64,000 nt of DNA from Prorocentrum cordatum (Eukaryota), in NCBI GenBank assembly GCA_963575745.1, contig CAUYUJ010000137.1:248001-312000 (forward strand), written 5' to 3'. The stretch's first letter is position 1. Each line of letters starts with the position of its first letter. Positions 12,204-25,480 of this stretch are shown here, piece by piece. The position numbers were made by a program, and so were the translations under genes. A model generated the notes under the pieces. That model was not told the DNA's origin. It saw nothing but the letters and a program-made list of their open reading frames with translations, and ran no database searches.

Positions 12204-14369
12204 GGTGTTGTCGTTATGTGTGTTGGTGTTGTGATGGTTGATAATGAGGTTGTTGCTTTTTTGAAGCATAACTGTGGCTGATCCACCCTAGTTGGCGCAC
12301 CCTAGCTGGTCAAATGTAGTGCCATTCGTCGGTGCCCGCACCCTGCTGTCTACACGGGCAAATCATCGTGCCCATGGTGCCGGGCCACAACAACAGCTCC
12401 CGCCGCATACTTTTTCTTCCGAAATCGTGTTTTCGCGCTGGATTTCCTCACCATGTATACAGAAGTCGCGCTCCCGCGTGAGACACCCTAACAATGCACT
12501 TTGACACCACGACCTCTTGCACTCCGGCATCACGTTCTCGTTTCGGTGTTCTGGAATGTTTTCGCGTTATCGCCCGGGACGTCCTCGCGATTCATGCTGA
12601 CTCCACGTTTCAGCAACCCGCCTGCTCGACCTGACCGCCAGGGCCCGCCTTGCACACCCGCCCGCTGGGGTCTGCACGCCCGATTTGCCCGTCCGGATCT
12701 ACCACGTGCGTTTTTCACCGAACCCCTCTTCTGTTAATTTCTCTCGCGTTCCATCATAAACCATCCTTTGTCCATCAGTCCGTTGTCCCCTTGTTTTAAG
12801 GGCTGCGCGAAATGCGGGTGGCCAGACAAGAAAATATACCCCCAAAGAGGTGCGATCGAAGCCGAAAGAGGCTGGCACCGAGAGTTTAGGATACACGTGT
12901 TGAATGGCAACGCGACCAAACAAGAGCGAACCGTACTGACAACCAATTGCTGTTAACGTTGTGGCTGTCAATGTTGTTGGTGATGTGTATGGTGTTGGCG
13001 TTGTTGGTGTGATTGGTGTCGGTAATGCTGTTAATGCTTCTGTTGTTGTTGAACTATCACTGGTGAAGACTACGTATTGTTGACCCCCCTCCGGTAACCA
13101 TTCGGTTTTACGGGTTGAAGCGTTTCTCTCCCCCCTGGGGTTCGCACCTTGATGTTTGTGTCAGGTTCAAACTGCGTTGTTGGCCCCCAAATAACAACAT
13201 CAACACTCATTCTAAGACTGTTCGTTCTTACCTGCCCGCGTGTCATTCAAAACGAATTCCCCACATCCTCGATACCCGCCCTTGTTGTCTTCGATCACAC
13301 CCCCTTTGGGGGGATTGTTTCTCTTTGTGGGGGGCGGCGGGCTTAGACAGGCGGGCAAACCTGAACGGGCTGACAATCCTTCGTGGGCGTACATGTGCCC
13401 GCCATTGGAATTGGTGTGGGCCGTGCCAATTCCAGCTCGGGCGGGCAAACCTGAACGGGCGGGCTATCCCCTGACGGGCGGGTGGGTCGGGCGGGTGGGA
13501 CACTCAAACGGGATGCCTGAGTATGGCGGGAACGCGGCGCAGCGTGATTCCTGAGCGTCGAGAGCGCGATTTCAGAATAAATTGCATGGGCGTCGCAGGC
13601 GAGAGCGCAATTCCTGAATTAAATGGACAGGGCTCTCTGGCGGCAGCTGGGGTCTTGATTAAATTGTGAGGACTTCTTGTTTCAATCGCGAGGAAGTCTC
13701 AAGCGGGAACGCCATTCCTGGGTAAATTGTAAGGAGGAAGTCTCACACGGGAACGGGGGTCCTGATTAAATTGCGGGGAAATCACAGGCGGGAGCACCGA
13801 TCCTAAGTAAATTGTGCGGGAGTCTCAAAGGCGGGGGTCCGGAGTAAATTTGGAGGAAGTCTCAGGCGGGAGCCGTTGCTGTTGTAATCCGGGGGGGCAG
13901 GGGCCCAGTTTGAGCACCAAGACTTTCCCTGTCAAACAACATGGTGCGAGCGTCGAGAGGCACACTTTGATTGAGAGAAACAGTCTGCACCGGTGAGGGG
14001 GGATCGAGAATCATTATTCTTCAGACGTGAAACTTCGACAATAACAGCAACAACGGCTCCCGCCTGAGACGTCCTCAGAAATTAGCCAGGACCCCCGCTC
14101 GCGCCTGAGGCGCTCTCGCATTTTACTCAGGAGTCGCGCTCTCGTTTGCAACTTCCTTACAATTGATTCAGGGATCGTTCTTTCGGCGTTTTGGAATCAC
14201 GCTCTCGCTGGGCACTTGCTTGGAATCTACACAAGAATCACGTTCATGCTTCGAAGGTCCACGCAATTTACTCAAGCGCCGCGCTCCCGACACTCAGGCA
14301 CCCAGGAGTCGCATTCACGCGGCAGGCTCCTTCACAGCTGACTTAGAAATCGGGATATCGCGGTCCTGC

Positions 14370-15400
14370 GTGGGCCCGTTGCAGCCCTCCGTGACCCCCT
14401 CGCTGCCCTTCGCGGCCCCGTTGCAGCTCTTCCTGGCCCCCTCGCTGCCCTTCGTGGCCCCGTTGACGTTGCAGCCCGTCGTGGCCCCCTCGCTGCCCTT
14501 CGTGGCCCCGTTGCTGCCCTTCGTGGGCCCGTCGCTGCCCTTCGTCGCCCCATTGCAGCCCTTCGTGGCCCGTTCGCTGCCCTTTCGTGGCCCCGTTGCA
14601 GCCCTTTGTGGCCCTGTTGCTGCCTTTCGCGGTCCCGTTGCAGCCTTTCGTGGCACCGACGCCGCCCTTCGCGGCCCCGTTGCAGCCAATTCGTGGCCCC
14701 CTCGGTGCCCTTCGTGGCCCCGTTGCAGCCCGTCGTGGCCCCCTCGCTACCCATCGTGTTGCAGCCCTTCCTGGCCCCCTCGCTGCCCTTCGTGGCCCCG
14801 TTGCAGCCCGTCGTGCCCCCCTCGCTGCCCTTCGCGGTCCCGTGCAGCCCGTCGCGGCCCCGTCGCTGCCCTGCGTGGCCCCGCTGAAGCCCTTCCTGGC
14901 CCCCTCGCTGCCTTTAGTGGCCCCGTTGCAGCCCTTCCTGGCCCCCCCGCTGCCTTTAGTGGCCCCATTCGCGGCCCCATACGCACGCGCTCAATGGCCC
15001 CGCCGTCGCCCTTCGCGGCCCCTTCGCTGCCCTTCGCGGCGCCCTCGCTGCCCTCAGTGGCCCCGTGCTTGCCCTCGGCGGCCCAACGTACGCAAGCCCT
15101 TCGTGGCCCCCGCTCGCTCGCACCCGTCGTGGCCCCACACGCGTGCCCTTCGCAACCCCGCCGTCGCCCTTCGCGGCCCCCTTGTTGTCCCACGCGGCCC
15201 CGTTGGCACCCTCAGTGGCCCCGTCGCTGCCCTCTGTGGCACCGCATTATCCGCCTCTTCGTGGCCCCCGCTTTCGTGGTCCCCGCTCGTTCTTGCCCTT
15301 CGCGGCCCCATGCGCATGCCATTCGTGGCCCGCTGTCGCCCTTCGTGGCCTCCTTCCTGCCCTGCGTGGCCCCGCTGTCGCTCCCGCTGTCGTTTTCGCT
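14370..15400 (+). repeat. 21-bp minisatellite (TTCGTGGCCCCGTTGCAGCCC / ...CTCGCTGCCC)
   Basis: Tandem units with alternating variants; accounts for the 14163-15605 ORF. Confidence 0.95.
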
Positions 15401-15410
15401 GTCGTTTTTG

Positions 15411-15477
<67 letters not shown>

Positions 15478-17144
15478 CGGTCGGTCCCCTGTCCGTCCCT
15501 CTTGGGGTCGGGTTGCCACCGATCCGCGCTGCCGCTGGCCAGGCCGACGGTCCGCGGCCGCCCCGCCTCTTGCCGGGGCCCGGCCTGCAGGGAAGAAATA
15601 TATAAGCCCCGAAAAAGGTACGATCGAAGACGAAGAGGGCGGGTATCGAGGGTTTGAGAAATGCACGTTGAACGACACTCGGGCAGACAAGAGCGACCAG
15701 TCTTAAAATGATTGTTGTTGTGGTTGTTGTTGTTGTTGTTCATGTTAATGCGGGTGTTGTTGGTTTTCGTGGTGGTGGTGTTGCTGCTGTCGTTGTCGTT
15801 TACATCCCACTCCTAATGAAACATGTTTGTTGGTCCCCCTGCCTGTTGCCCGTTGTGCTTTCAACGAAAACCCTCCTCCCGGCGCTCGCCCCTTGGTTAT
15901 TTTCGCAAGAGGAACTGTGGGGCAAACAAACATGGCCCCTGGCCACCGAGCTGCTGCCTCACAATGTATTGAGACATCGCGCTCTCGCGAACCATTCCCA
16001 AGTTATGACGGACATGCGCCATCGCGTGGGACGTCCTCACCATGTATTCCAGACCCGCGCCCTCGACGCTCAGGAATCGGGCAATCGCTTTGGTTTTTCT
16101 CAGCGCTCTTCCCTTTCCCCCTTCCATCCGTCCTCTCTTCCCTTGTTTTTGAGCACTTGCGCGCGGCAGGCCAAGATGATATACACTCATGGATGACGAT
16201 CGAAGACGGAGATGGCGGGCATCGAGAGGTTAGTATAAACATTTCAAGTGGCACAGGAGCAGGTGTCAGCGAACAATATAAACATGAATTGCGAAACACT
16301 TTCATTGTTGGAAACCCTTCATCCGCTTTGGCGACCTGGCCTCGGGGCTGGCTACAGTTCCTTTGAAATTCAGCTCACGCTCAGGCGCTCCAGGAGGACA
16401 CGCAGCGATCCCCAAACGACAACAACAACAAAAACACCAACGACAGCAACAGCAGCAGCAACAGTAATAATAACAGCAGCAACAACAACAATCAGTTTAA
16501 GACTGCTTGCTCTTATCTGTGGCAACTCAAGACGCATATCCCGAACCCTCGATACACGCCCGTTCCGTCGTCGTTCGGACCCTTTTAGGGTTATATCTCT
16601 ATTACCTGCAACGTATGTTTCGTGCAGCCCCTAAGGCAAGGGAGGGGATGACGGATGGAAGGAAGGGACAAGGGGCAGGCGGGTTGCTGAAACGTGCGCC
16701 CTGCAGGAATGACGAGGACGTCTCGAGCGATAGTGAGATGCCCAAATAAACTTAGGAGACGTCCGCAGCGAGAGCGTTATTCCTGAGTGTCGAAAGCGCG
16801 CCTGAAAACTTCGAGAAAGTTCCAGGCGAGAGCGCGATCCCTGTATAAATTGTGAGAAAGTCCTGCGCGAGAGCGCCACTTGCGAATCAACTGTGAAGAA
16901 GTATCAGGCGGGAGCTGTTGTTGTTGTAGACCCGGGGCCAGGGGCACAGTTTGGTGACACGTCGTTCCCCCTTGTAATTACTCCGACGCTCGGACCCCAC
17001 ATCAGAATCAATGTAGCTTGCCCTCCGCCCATTTCCTCTCCGACTGGCGCAGGCCATCCTCCCGCTTCGGCGACCTCCGTCTCCTCATCATCATCGTCCT
17101 TCTCGCCCTGGTTCCTCAAGAGTGAGGCCTGAAAGCCCAACATC

Positions 17145-18480
17145 GACGACAATTACAGGATGTGGATGGCCCGCGCGGATTCCAACATGAAGCGCGGCCC
17201 CCATGAGGGGGGTGCCGCCTAGAACTTCCTCACGATTTACTCACAGCTCCCGCCTGAGATGTCTTCAAGATTCAAGCATGTGGAGCCCCAAGGTGATGAC
17301 AGTTACAGGATTTGGATGGCCCACTAAGATTAAAACATGAAACATTTGCCTCATTGGGAGGGGGCTCCCGCCTGAGACTTCCTCGAGATTCGGGCCGGAA
17401 GAGCCGAGATCTGATGATTCGGATGACCCGCTCGGATTAATACATGAAGCGCGGGCCCCATATGGAGGGGGTTCCCGCCTGAGACTTCCTCAAGAGTCTT
17501 TGGATGACCCGCTCGGACTAAAACATAAAATGCGGGCCCATAGGGAGGGGGGTCCCGCCTGAAACTTCCTCAATATTCATTCACAGACGAGGCTCCCGTC
17601 TGAGACTTCCTGGATTCCTCTATGGTCACGCCTGAGGAGGAGCCCAGAAGTTTGACGGTTACAAAGTTTGCATAACTGGTTCGGATTCGAACATGAAGCG
17701 CGGGCCCCACAGGGAGGGGGCTCCCGCCTGAGACTTCCCTATGTTCAGGCCTGAGGAGCCCAAAAGTGACGACAGAGACAAGATTTGAATGACCCACTCG
17801 GATTCGAAGATGAAGTACTTGCCCCATAGGGAGGGGGCTCCCACCAGAGACTACCTCAAAATTCGGGCCTGAGGAGCCCAAAAGTGACGACGGTTACAGG
17901 ATGTGGATGGCCCGCGCGATTTCGAACAAGAAGTGCGGGCTCCAAGGTGAGGGGACTGCCGCCTAGAACTTCCTCAAGGATAATTGCAGGATTTGGATGG
18001 CCCGCGCGGATTTGAACACCCCGTAGGGAGGGGGATCCCGCTTGAGACTTCCTCGAGATACACTCACTGACGATGCTGCCGTCTGAGATCTCCTTTACGT
18101 TCAGGCCTGAGGAAACCCACAAGCGACGACAGTTACAGGATCTGGATGGCCCGCCCGGATTGGAACATGGAGTGCAGGCCCCAAAAGGAGGGGGATCCCG
18201 CCTGAGACTCTTCAAAATTCAAGCTTGTGGAGCCCAAAAGTGACGACAATTACAGGATTAAGATGGCCCGCTCGGATTAAAACGTGAACTGCGGGACCCA
18301 TAGGGGCGGGGCTCCCGCCTGAGACTTCCCCAAGATTGAGGCCAGAGGAACCCAAAAGCGACGACGGTTACAGGATTTGGATGGCCCGCTCTGATTAGAG
18401 TATCAAGTGCGAGCCCCATAAGGGGGTCCCCCGCCAAGAACTTCTTCAATATTCAGGCCTGAGAAGCCCAAAAGTAACGA
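17145..18480 (+). repeat. Tandem satellite, ~80-120-bp units
   Basis: Recurrent GACGACAGTTACAGGATTTGGATGGCCCGC...CCCGCCTGAGACTTCCTC. Confidence 0.9.
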
Positions 18481-19489
18481 CAGTTAAACTGTGCGAGCGA
18501 ATGTGCATGATGATGACGAAGGTGATAGTGATGGTTATGGTGATGAGAGACGGAGGGTGTGGGGCGATGGCGCGATTCCTGACGATAACACGATAACGGA
18601 CGATGGCATGATGATGAGTGAAATGTGACTGCACGGGTGAGAATGACTGTGAATGGTTGCCGATGACCATAACTGAGGATGGTGAATGAGTGCTGATGAT
18701 GATTGCCGATGACCATGATGGGAGCATGACATGATAATGTATGAGTGGGTGATGAGTAAATGAGCGAGAGAGAGAGAGAGGGCGGGTGATCCGGATGACC
18801 GGTGGCCATGATTGGATGGTGATGACAGGAGGAAGGGGTGGTGAGGTGCGAGATTCCTGCGCGGAGGTGTGCAGAGAACACAATAAATCCACTGAGGATG
18901 TGGACAAAAAGGGTGCGAGCCCTGGCAGAACCAGATTACTTGAGAAATTATGTGGTTACAGAAGGTGGGAACAACAACAGTTTTTCGCTAGGAATAAAAA
19001 CTTAACAACAACAATCAGGTAAAAACTGTTCGCTGCTACCTGTTCGAAGGCCAGTCAACACGTATATCCCAAAGCATCGATACCCGCCCTCCTCGTCGTC
19101 GATCGCGCCCCCTTATGGGTGTATCTTTCTTACCTGGAAGGTGTATTTCGCGCAGCCCCCAAGGCAGGGGGAGAGACACGGATGGAAGGGAGGGACAGGG
19201 AATAGGCGGGTTGCTGAAACGTACGTCCTACATGGATCGCGAGGAAGTCTCGAGCGATAGCGAGATTCCCGAATACATATGGAGGAATTCCACAGCGAGA
19301 GCGTGTTTCCTGAGTGTCAAGAGCGCGGCGTTTGAATACATTGCGAAGAAGTTCCACGCGAGAGCGCGCTCCCTGTAGAAGGACATCCCACGCGAGAGCG
19401 CGACTTGGGAATACACTGTGAAGAAGTATCGGACGGGAACCGTTGTTGTTGAAAACTGGGGGCCAGGGGCCAGGGGCCTGATGGTGACA

Positions 19490-19800
19490 CCTCATGCTCC
19501 CTTGAAAAAGAAAGGGTACGAGCCCTGGGAGAAACCCATCAACTTCGACGAAGATCATTGGTATGGACTGGTTGGAGACCGTTCGGGGATGGCTCGGCAG
19601 GTCTTCGGATGCACGGGATGCGTTGCGCCCGAGCTGGACTGCCCCTCGGCACGAGAAGTAGTGCGAGCGGCGAACGAGGAACCCATGCCCTCGATGAGTT
19701 CAGCCTTTCTGGATTGTTTGGGGATCTTTCGGCGGTGGCTTGGGAAATATCCGTAGGCCTGGAATGTGTTGTTTTCGAAGAGGGCTGGCTTGGGGTCGCC
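19490..19800 (+). mobile_element. Non-LTR (LINE) reverse transcriptase relic
   Basis: LKKKGYEPWEKPI, then after a frameshift LVWTGWR...SLSGLFGDLSAVAWEI, resembling RT domains 1-3 (PK..RPI; GLFLDLSKAFD). Confidence 0.55.
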
Positions 19801-21179
19801 GCGGGGGCTGTGTGGGATTGCTCTGAGGGTGGACTGGCTGTGTGTTCACAACTATCCTCTCATCCTCTAACCTGGATTACCATCTACCCTTGATGATTAA
19901 GAAGCAAACACAACATAAACATAATTAGTCGAAGGCCAGCCCCGTTGTCTTGGCTTGACGCTGGAGCCCCCATTCCCTGGCGCGTGGAGCACGCCAGGGG
20001 TAGCACCAAAGGCACAGCCAGTGGGTTCCAGTGCCGGCCCAAGGAATCCGTTCGCACCTCCAGAAATCATCATTGTCCATTGTGTCTCTTGTTCGATGGA
20101 TGTGCCTTCACACCTCTCCACACATCCCACGACCTGAACTACGCCTTCTTCTACCTGTCATCCTCCGCGCTGCGAAGGCAAAACCACAAACTTGGAGGCC
20201 TGGAAATGGGCACCAACACCAAGACAGGGGAATGCCTCAACAGGGGGAAGATGATCCTCGAGTTCGGTGCAGGTGGTAAGAGTTCGGTCACCTTGGAAGC
20301 CAGAATATTGCCACCGTCACCGAGATCGGGATCTTCGTCCGTCGGTGGAGGCACGACGCCGACTTTGGTGCTGGTGTCAACCTCTCTAGGTCTGCGACAA
20401 ACGCCCCACCCGCCACCCCGCTCAGACGAGGCGGCCTCGCAGCATGCCGGAGGCTGCGGCGGGCACACGTTGGACCCTTCCCGGCGGCGGATCTCCACCT
20501 CGCGCGCGGGGGCACACGGAGACCGGCCCCGCGCGCTGCGAGCCCCGCTGCTGCGCGACTCCCCGTCGGTACGCTTGCTGATCGCTGCACTTCACCCCGT
20601 CGAAACGCACAGCACCAGGCTATCGGTATCCTGATGCGTTCGATCGGCGGTGCGCAAGGGATGGGGATGATCTGATCCTGGGGGAGAGCTTGGAAACGGG
20701 GAGGGGAGGAAGGGCGGACGAGGAGGAGAGATGAGGAGGAGGCGAAGTAAATGGTAGGAGTCCATGGGGAGGGGAAGAAGACGTCCCATGATGTTAAATG
20801 AGCTCGCCCATCCACAAGAGCAGCAGTCATCCCATTCTGTCGACGAGTCCAGAACGCGACGATAACACGACAATCGAAAGTTTCGGGGTGAGACGGACAT
20901 CGGCTTCGGTTCGTGTCGAGCGTGACGCGCGTGCGGGCGAGCAGTGGCTGCATGAGTACGTAACAGATCCATTCCTTGATACATCAAGCTACCATAAGAT
21001 TGCTCCGCCCCCCACCAAGGCGGTCGGTAGCCCAAGCCGTTGTCCCGGACCGATCCTGGGCTGTCCCTGAGCAATCCTGAGTTTGTCTCGTGGTTGTTAT
21101 GTGCTTGTTATGTGGTTGTCCCGGGGATGTTTTGCAACCGTCCCGGGGTTCATCTATGAGGCTCGGGAAGTGCCTACTC

Positions 21180-22320
21180 CCAAAGCTCCACGCAATAAGA
21201 GCGTGAAAATCTGAATCTTCGGGATGCCGAATCCAGTGGGATCTGCTTCCAGTTTGGCCATTGCGGGTCGGGCTGATACCAAATCGATGCGTTCACCCCG
21301 GTCGACCTTGAGGTCGACGAAGGCTGTTCCTCATGCGATATGTCGCTCGTTGTCGGATTTGCAATTCTGGTGCTGAGGAGGGCCATAATGTATGTAAATA
21401 ATTCGGCGAGTTGGCCTTTGAAGATTAAGCAACAGTTGAAAAACGAACTTGCTACTCTAATAACAAGGGGCTTGGTTAGGCCTCCAAGGCCCCGCTGAAA
21501 AACAGCAGCTTGTTGCAGTGGACTCATAGCTCCACTGGCTACGTTGAGCCATGCGGGGGGCCCCTGGTACGCGTGCCCTTCATTCCTCGATGCATGTGCT
21601 CTACCACTAGAACAAGACGCATCCATCTAATACCATAGATAACATGGTTGACGAGGTGCATGGTCATGTTGGTGTTGGTGCTGTCGGGGGCTTCGTGTTT
21701 GTGGGCTGACGTGGCCGTCAGCTTGCCGTGTTTGTGGGCTGATGTGGCCGTCAATTGTTTGAAGTGTTTGGGGTCGTATTGCGCGCAGCAGCGCTGTGGT
21801 AGGATGCCAATCGAGGAGATGGAGTAGGAAAGAGAATTTCCAAGTGGTAGATGGTAGGTAGGAGCATCGTGGCTGAGAGCCGTGGCGTACACGTCTAGGC
21901 CGACGTGGCCGCCGGTCGTTGTGATGTTACGTGTAGGCCAGTCTCCTCGCTCTCATCCCGAACGGATACTGGCACGGTCGGATGTACCACAACATAGAAG
22001 TAGTCCACCATTCTGCGCTGTGGAATAATGGTATTCCAGTCATCGCGAGCCACACGGAAACGCGGGCAGCCCCGATACCGCACCAAGTCGAAGTGGGTAT
22101 GCTAAGCCGCACCATAGATTGCGCCTAAGGCGTACGATAATATTCCATAGCTGGCCCATCGCAAATAGTCGAGAGATCAGGGATGTGATCGGAGATCGGA
22201 GCGCACCATCGACGGATCTGGAAGACTCCTTGTTTCGTTGCTCAGGTGCGATAGTACCTCGAGAACGAGGTTATCATTTTCTAGTGGCGAACCGCTTGAG
22301 ATACAAACGGCGGCGGACGT
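21180..22320 (-). mobile_element. LTR-retrotransposon integrase relic
   Basis: HLPLG (HHCC-like); LNVA..LQQAAV; HYGPP...SDNE..*GTAF..GERIDLVSAR resemble the rve core; stops and frameshifts present. Confidence 0.45.
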
Positions 22321-22439
22321 AGGCACGATGCTCGACTTTGACTTCCGTTCAAATGTCAGTAGAGCCCGAAGAGGCCTAAACCATGCATGCTCCTACAACT
22401 TTCCTAAGATTTGGGCGTCTTCGACTTTTGAAGTTTCCT

Positions 22440-22952
22440 GCCGCTTCAAACTGCCCTGGCGGCCTCCAAGATGGCCCCAAGACGGCCCAAGAGGGCCACA
22501 CATCATACAACATTTTTCCAATGCGGCCTCAAGGCAGCCCCGAACTGGCCCAAGAGGGCCTCCTGCAGGACCCGATTCGGCCTTGGAGAACAGGTCGACA
22601 CCAAATACGGCCTCACGACGGCTCTACGACGGCCACAAGGACTTCCAGACGGCCCAAGAAAGCCCAAGAAAGCCCCCAGACATCCCAAGATGGCTCCAAG
22701 ATTGCCCCAAATAGCCCAAATACCTCCAACACTGCCCTACAAGAGACCAATATATAACAGAACACATGGATTACGACGATGAAGACGAGAAGAGAACCCC
22801 CGACATGACACCCAAAAATGTGTCGCGTGTCACGGCTCTCCCAATCCTCAGGGCACGACGTGTCGTACGTTATGGCCTCTTGCGTGCTCCCCGAAAAGTC
22901 GCCACCCAAGGTGAAGGGCTGGCACGGTGGCGGGACTTGCCATGGGCAGCTG
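22440..22952 (+). repeat. CCAAGA-rich element with conserved 3' end
   Basis: Repeat body plus terminal segment 22853-22952 matching 33088-33190. Confidence 0.8.
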
Positions 22953-23671
22953 CAGTCAGCTCCCCCAATGCCAAACAACTCTCGATTTGGGCGCACGGAG
23001 CATGAACCACTCGACGACGGTAGCAGAGATCCCGCATCGCATCAAACACGAACGCGATCCAGCAATAGTAGCCGGGATGCGCCAATAATGTCTCCATCTT
23101 CGAGAAACGATCATACGATCGATGTGTGCCATGCCTGCGTAAAGATGTACCCTCCACTGTGTGACCTCTGCACGAGAGAATATGTGTGTGGACGCTGCTT
23201 TCGCGGGGCAGTCGACAGGTTTCGAAGCAGCGCTGGCACTCACCCGCACTTCCAAGAGAAACACAAACAAGCCCAGAATTCTTGGATCGGCGCTCGACCC
23301 CCGTTCCTGGCACGTGGAGCGGGCCATGCAGGGGCGGAGCCAGAGGCGCCGCCGGGGGTCCATTGCTGATCCAAGATACCTGAAAGGAGCTCGGACAAAG
23401 TATGTTGATCTCCTTCGAATTACAGCCGCAAGAACGACAATCAGGACGGCAGAGACGGCACAGCGACCATACGCTGCGGCTCACGCGGGCCACCAACGCG
23501 GCACGCCACATTGGAGGCGAGGGCGAGTACGCGCGACATTACGCGAGCGGCTGCCCCAATGTCGGCGCAATCGACCCTGATTTCGCTGCGTCGCTCACCT
23601 GCCGAGGAAGGCTCTCATTGACTGCGGCAAAGACGACCTTCCTGCACGACCTGAACGCATGAGGCAGATCT

Positions 23672-23912
23672 CTGGGTGGCCCAGAAGGGGGTCCGGCTCA
23701 GAGGGGGTGGTGCAATAGGTTTGGGGCAATCGTATTGCAAATGTATTGAGCCAGAGAATTGAATCGCACCGTATTGCAAGTGATGCCTTGCACGCGAAAG
23801 CCCAGCAACACATTTGCGCCCCGGAATGCACTGCACGCCCCACATGTATTGCAGCCCCACCAATCTGTTGCACCACCCCCTTGTCGCTGGACCCCCTTGT
23901 GGGTCAACCCGA
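23672..23912. mobile_element. MITE with ~55-bp TIRs
   Basis: GGGTgGCCCAgAAGGGGGTCC..AGGGGGTGGTGCAA versus its reverse complement at the right end; TSD not preserved. Confidence 0.75.
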
Positions 23913-24408
23913 CGGGCTGGCGTCGGCCCCTCCACTCGGCGCCCCCCCGGGGCGGGCCTCCGGGCCCACGCCCGGGCAGGTGGCCTGCGGCAGCAGCGCT
24001 GGCCTCGACGCCGCGCGGGGAGGCCCGGGTGCCGCGGGGAGGGCGGTCGACAGGGGGCGCCCGGCTCCAGGGAGGAGGAGGAGGAGGAGGAGGGGGAGGA
24101 GGAGGAGGAGGAGGAGGAGGAGGAGAGGAGGAGGAGGAGGAGGAGGGGGGGAGGGGGATAGGGAGGGGAGGGGAGGGGGGGGAGGGGGAGGGGGAGAGGC
24201 GGAAGCGGAGGCGGAGGGGGAGGCGGAGGCGGCGGCGGCAGCGGCAGCGAAGGAAGCGACGGAGGAAGGAGGAGGAGGAGGAGGAGGAGGAGGAGGAGGA
24301 GGAGGAGGAGGAGGAGGAGCACACAGTGGCCTGGAATGGGGCGACGCCTCGCAGAATAGAGAGGCGACAGGCCCCTTGAGGACGAAGCCGCACGCTCCCT
24401 GGGCTAGA

Positions 24409-24613
24409 GGCTTCCTAGATGGGGTCCGAGTAGATGGGGTCGAAGGATCGTGCCGCATCGCAATGCGTTGCCGATGCATCGGCGATGCATCAGCGATGCA
24501 TCGGCGACGTCGGTGCGGGGAGAAACGGGCTCCACATCGGGCCGCATCGTCGATGCATCGGCGATGCGGCGCGATCCTCCGACCCCATCTACTCCGACCC
24601 CATCCAGGAGGCC
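24409..24613. mobile_element. MITE with internal GATGCATCGGC repeats, 4-bp TSD (TAGA)
   Basis: ~50-bp TIR GGCyTCCyrGATGGGGTCsGAGTAGATGGGGTCG; TAGA at 24405-24408 and 24614-24617; truncated copies at ~225-395 and ~55820-56000. Confidence 0.85.
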
Positions 24614-25339
24614 TAGATGGGCAGGGGGGAGGGGACCACCCGGGCCCCGCTCATCGAGAGATGATTGGGCGAGTCTCGGGGGGTCAGTGCCCGCCCACCC
24701 CTGGGCCACTCCCCGCCCGACGAAAGCGCGCAGCGAGGGGAAGCAGAGGCGGCGGCGACAGCGCCGACAGAGCCGCCCACTGAAGCGCGGAGGCCGGGGG
24801 CGGCGGCGACGGCGACGGTGGCGGCGAGGGCAGAACGGCGCACGCCAGGCGAAGAGAAAGGGCAGGAGGGCGGGGTGTGCGGCCAGGTGCGACCCAACGG
24901 GCGCGCGGGCGAACCCAGGGATCGGGCGGTGCAGCTTATTCAAGACGCGGACCCCCCGTGACCTCTCCACCCCTCTCCCAGGGGCTGGCTTCTCATCGCC
25001 TCGCGTCGCTGGCGAAACGAGAGCTGCCTGAAGCATCGTGGGGCGCCGTTATGCCTTGTGGCAAGCATCTGGACGCCTGCTGTGGAGAGTTGCGGCCGAG
25101 CAGCGATGGTGTCATCATGGCTAGATCCATGAAAGTGCGCTCTGGCCGAGGGGCTCAGAAGCAGCAGTCGGGATGCCGCGCGGCCGGCGCCCTCGTCCCC
25201 CCAAGCGGCTCGCGGCGTCGGGCTGGTTCTTCATCCCGGGGCCCGGCGAGGGCCCCCCGGAGGCCTAAAAGTGTCAGAGCCTCCCGCCGTGATAGTTTCG
25301 TAGCGAGGTGAGTGGCAACGATAAGAAGGGATTGGCCCA

Positions 25340-25480
25340 GGGACTGGAATCGGCGATTCATCGCCGATAGATCGGCGAAGGGCAACCGATGGCGAATCCG
25401 CACGCTCCTGAGTGGGAGTGGGCTATCGGGCCCCCATCGGCGATCAATGGGCGATTGGGGGTCGATGCGATCCCCCCTGA
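25340..25480 (+). mobile_element. MITE family (copies also at ~56830-56980 and ~58880-59010)
   Basis: Shared ATCGCCGATAGATC..ATCGGCGATCAATGGGCGAT..GGTCGATGC; TIR visible in the 56830 copy. Confidence 0.7.

Larger units (their letters stand above)
12385..19490. repeat. Cluster of six copies of a ~0.5-kb dispersed repeat bounded by (AAC)n/(GTT)n
   Basis: Copies at ~12385-12960(-), 13195-13910(+), 14045-15710(-, minisatellite inside), 15935-16270(-), 16485-16960(+) and 19003-19490(+) share variants of ctcgatacccgccc..cgatc and gcgagagcg motifs. Confidence 0.75.
6512..20660 (-). pseudogene. SLC9C-like exchanger relic, copy E (NHE + voltage sensor + CNBD; near full length)
   Basis: Collinear motifs: RIPIAW (~20630); EVDTSTKVGVVPPP...ELLPPAP (20151-20498 ORF; IDP..LP..E); LGPALEPTG..VLHAP..YVVF (19897-20130); LILMWGPSVG (~17000); LFGLLTVEFVLC (~12080); STGLLAV (~11880; GLRGAV); SIIGAGTASRFSTHLGL (~11520; TM13); exon 10615-10722 (AG|G...AG|GC) DAIESHPFLRLMQF; S1-S4-like 9300-9790 including LRPRRWSRPAVPLIL; PGMAALTTFTTTAIAVIGSMYLPVSDL (~7700); CNBD-like 7140-7330 and LLLTG...SISRESW..LIRLPL (6600-6830). 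Confidence 0.7.

Noticed and set aside
14163..15657. 480-aa and 356-aa ORFs
   Set aside because: Translations of a stop-free 21-bp minisatellite.
20080..20380. Retroviral aspartic protease on the plus strand (LLFDGCAF)
   Set aside because: The minus strand gives a longer collinear match to the exchanger N-terminus.
22990..23210. Triple CxxC zinc finger (plus ORF 22818-23369)
   Set aside because: Antisense to the expected CNBD position of copy D, and the ORF starts inside a repeat end.
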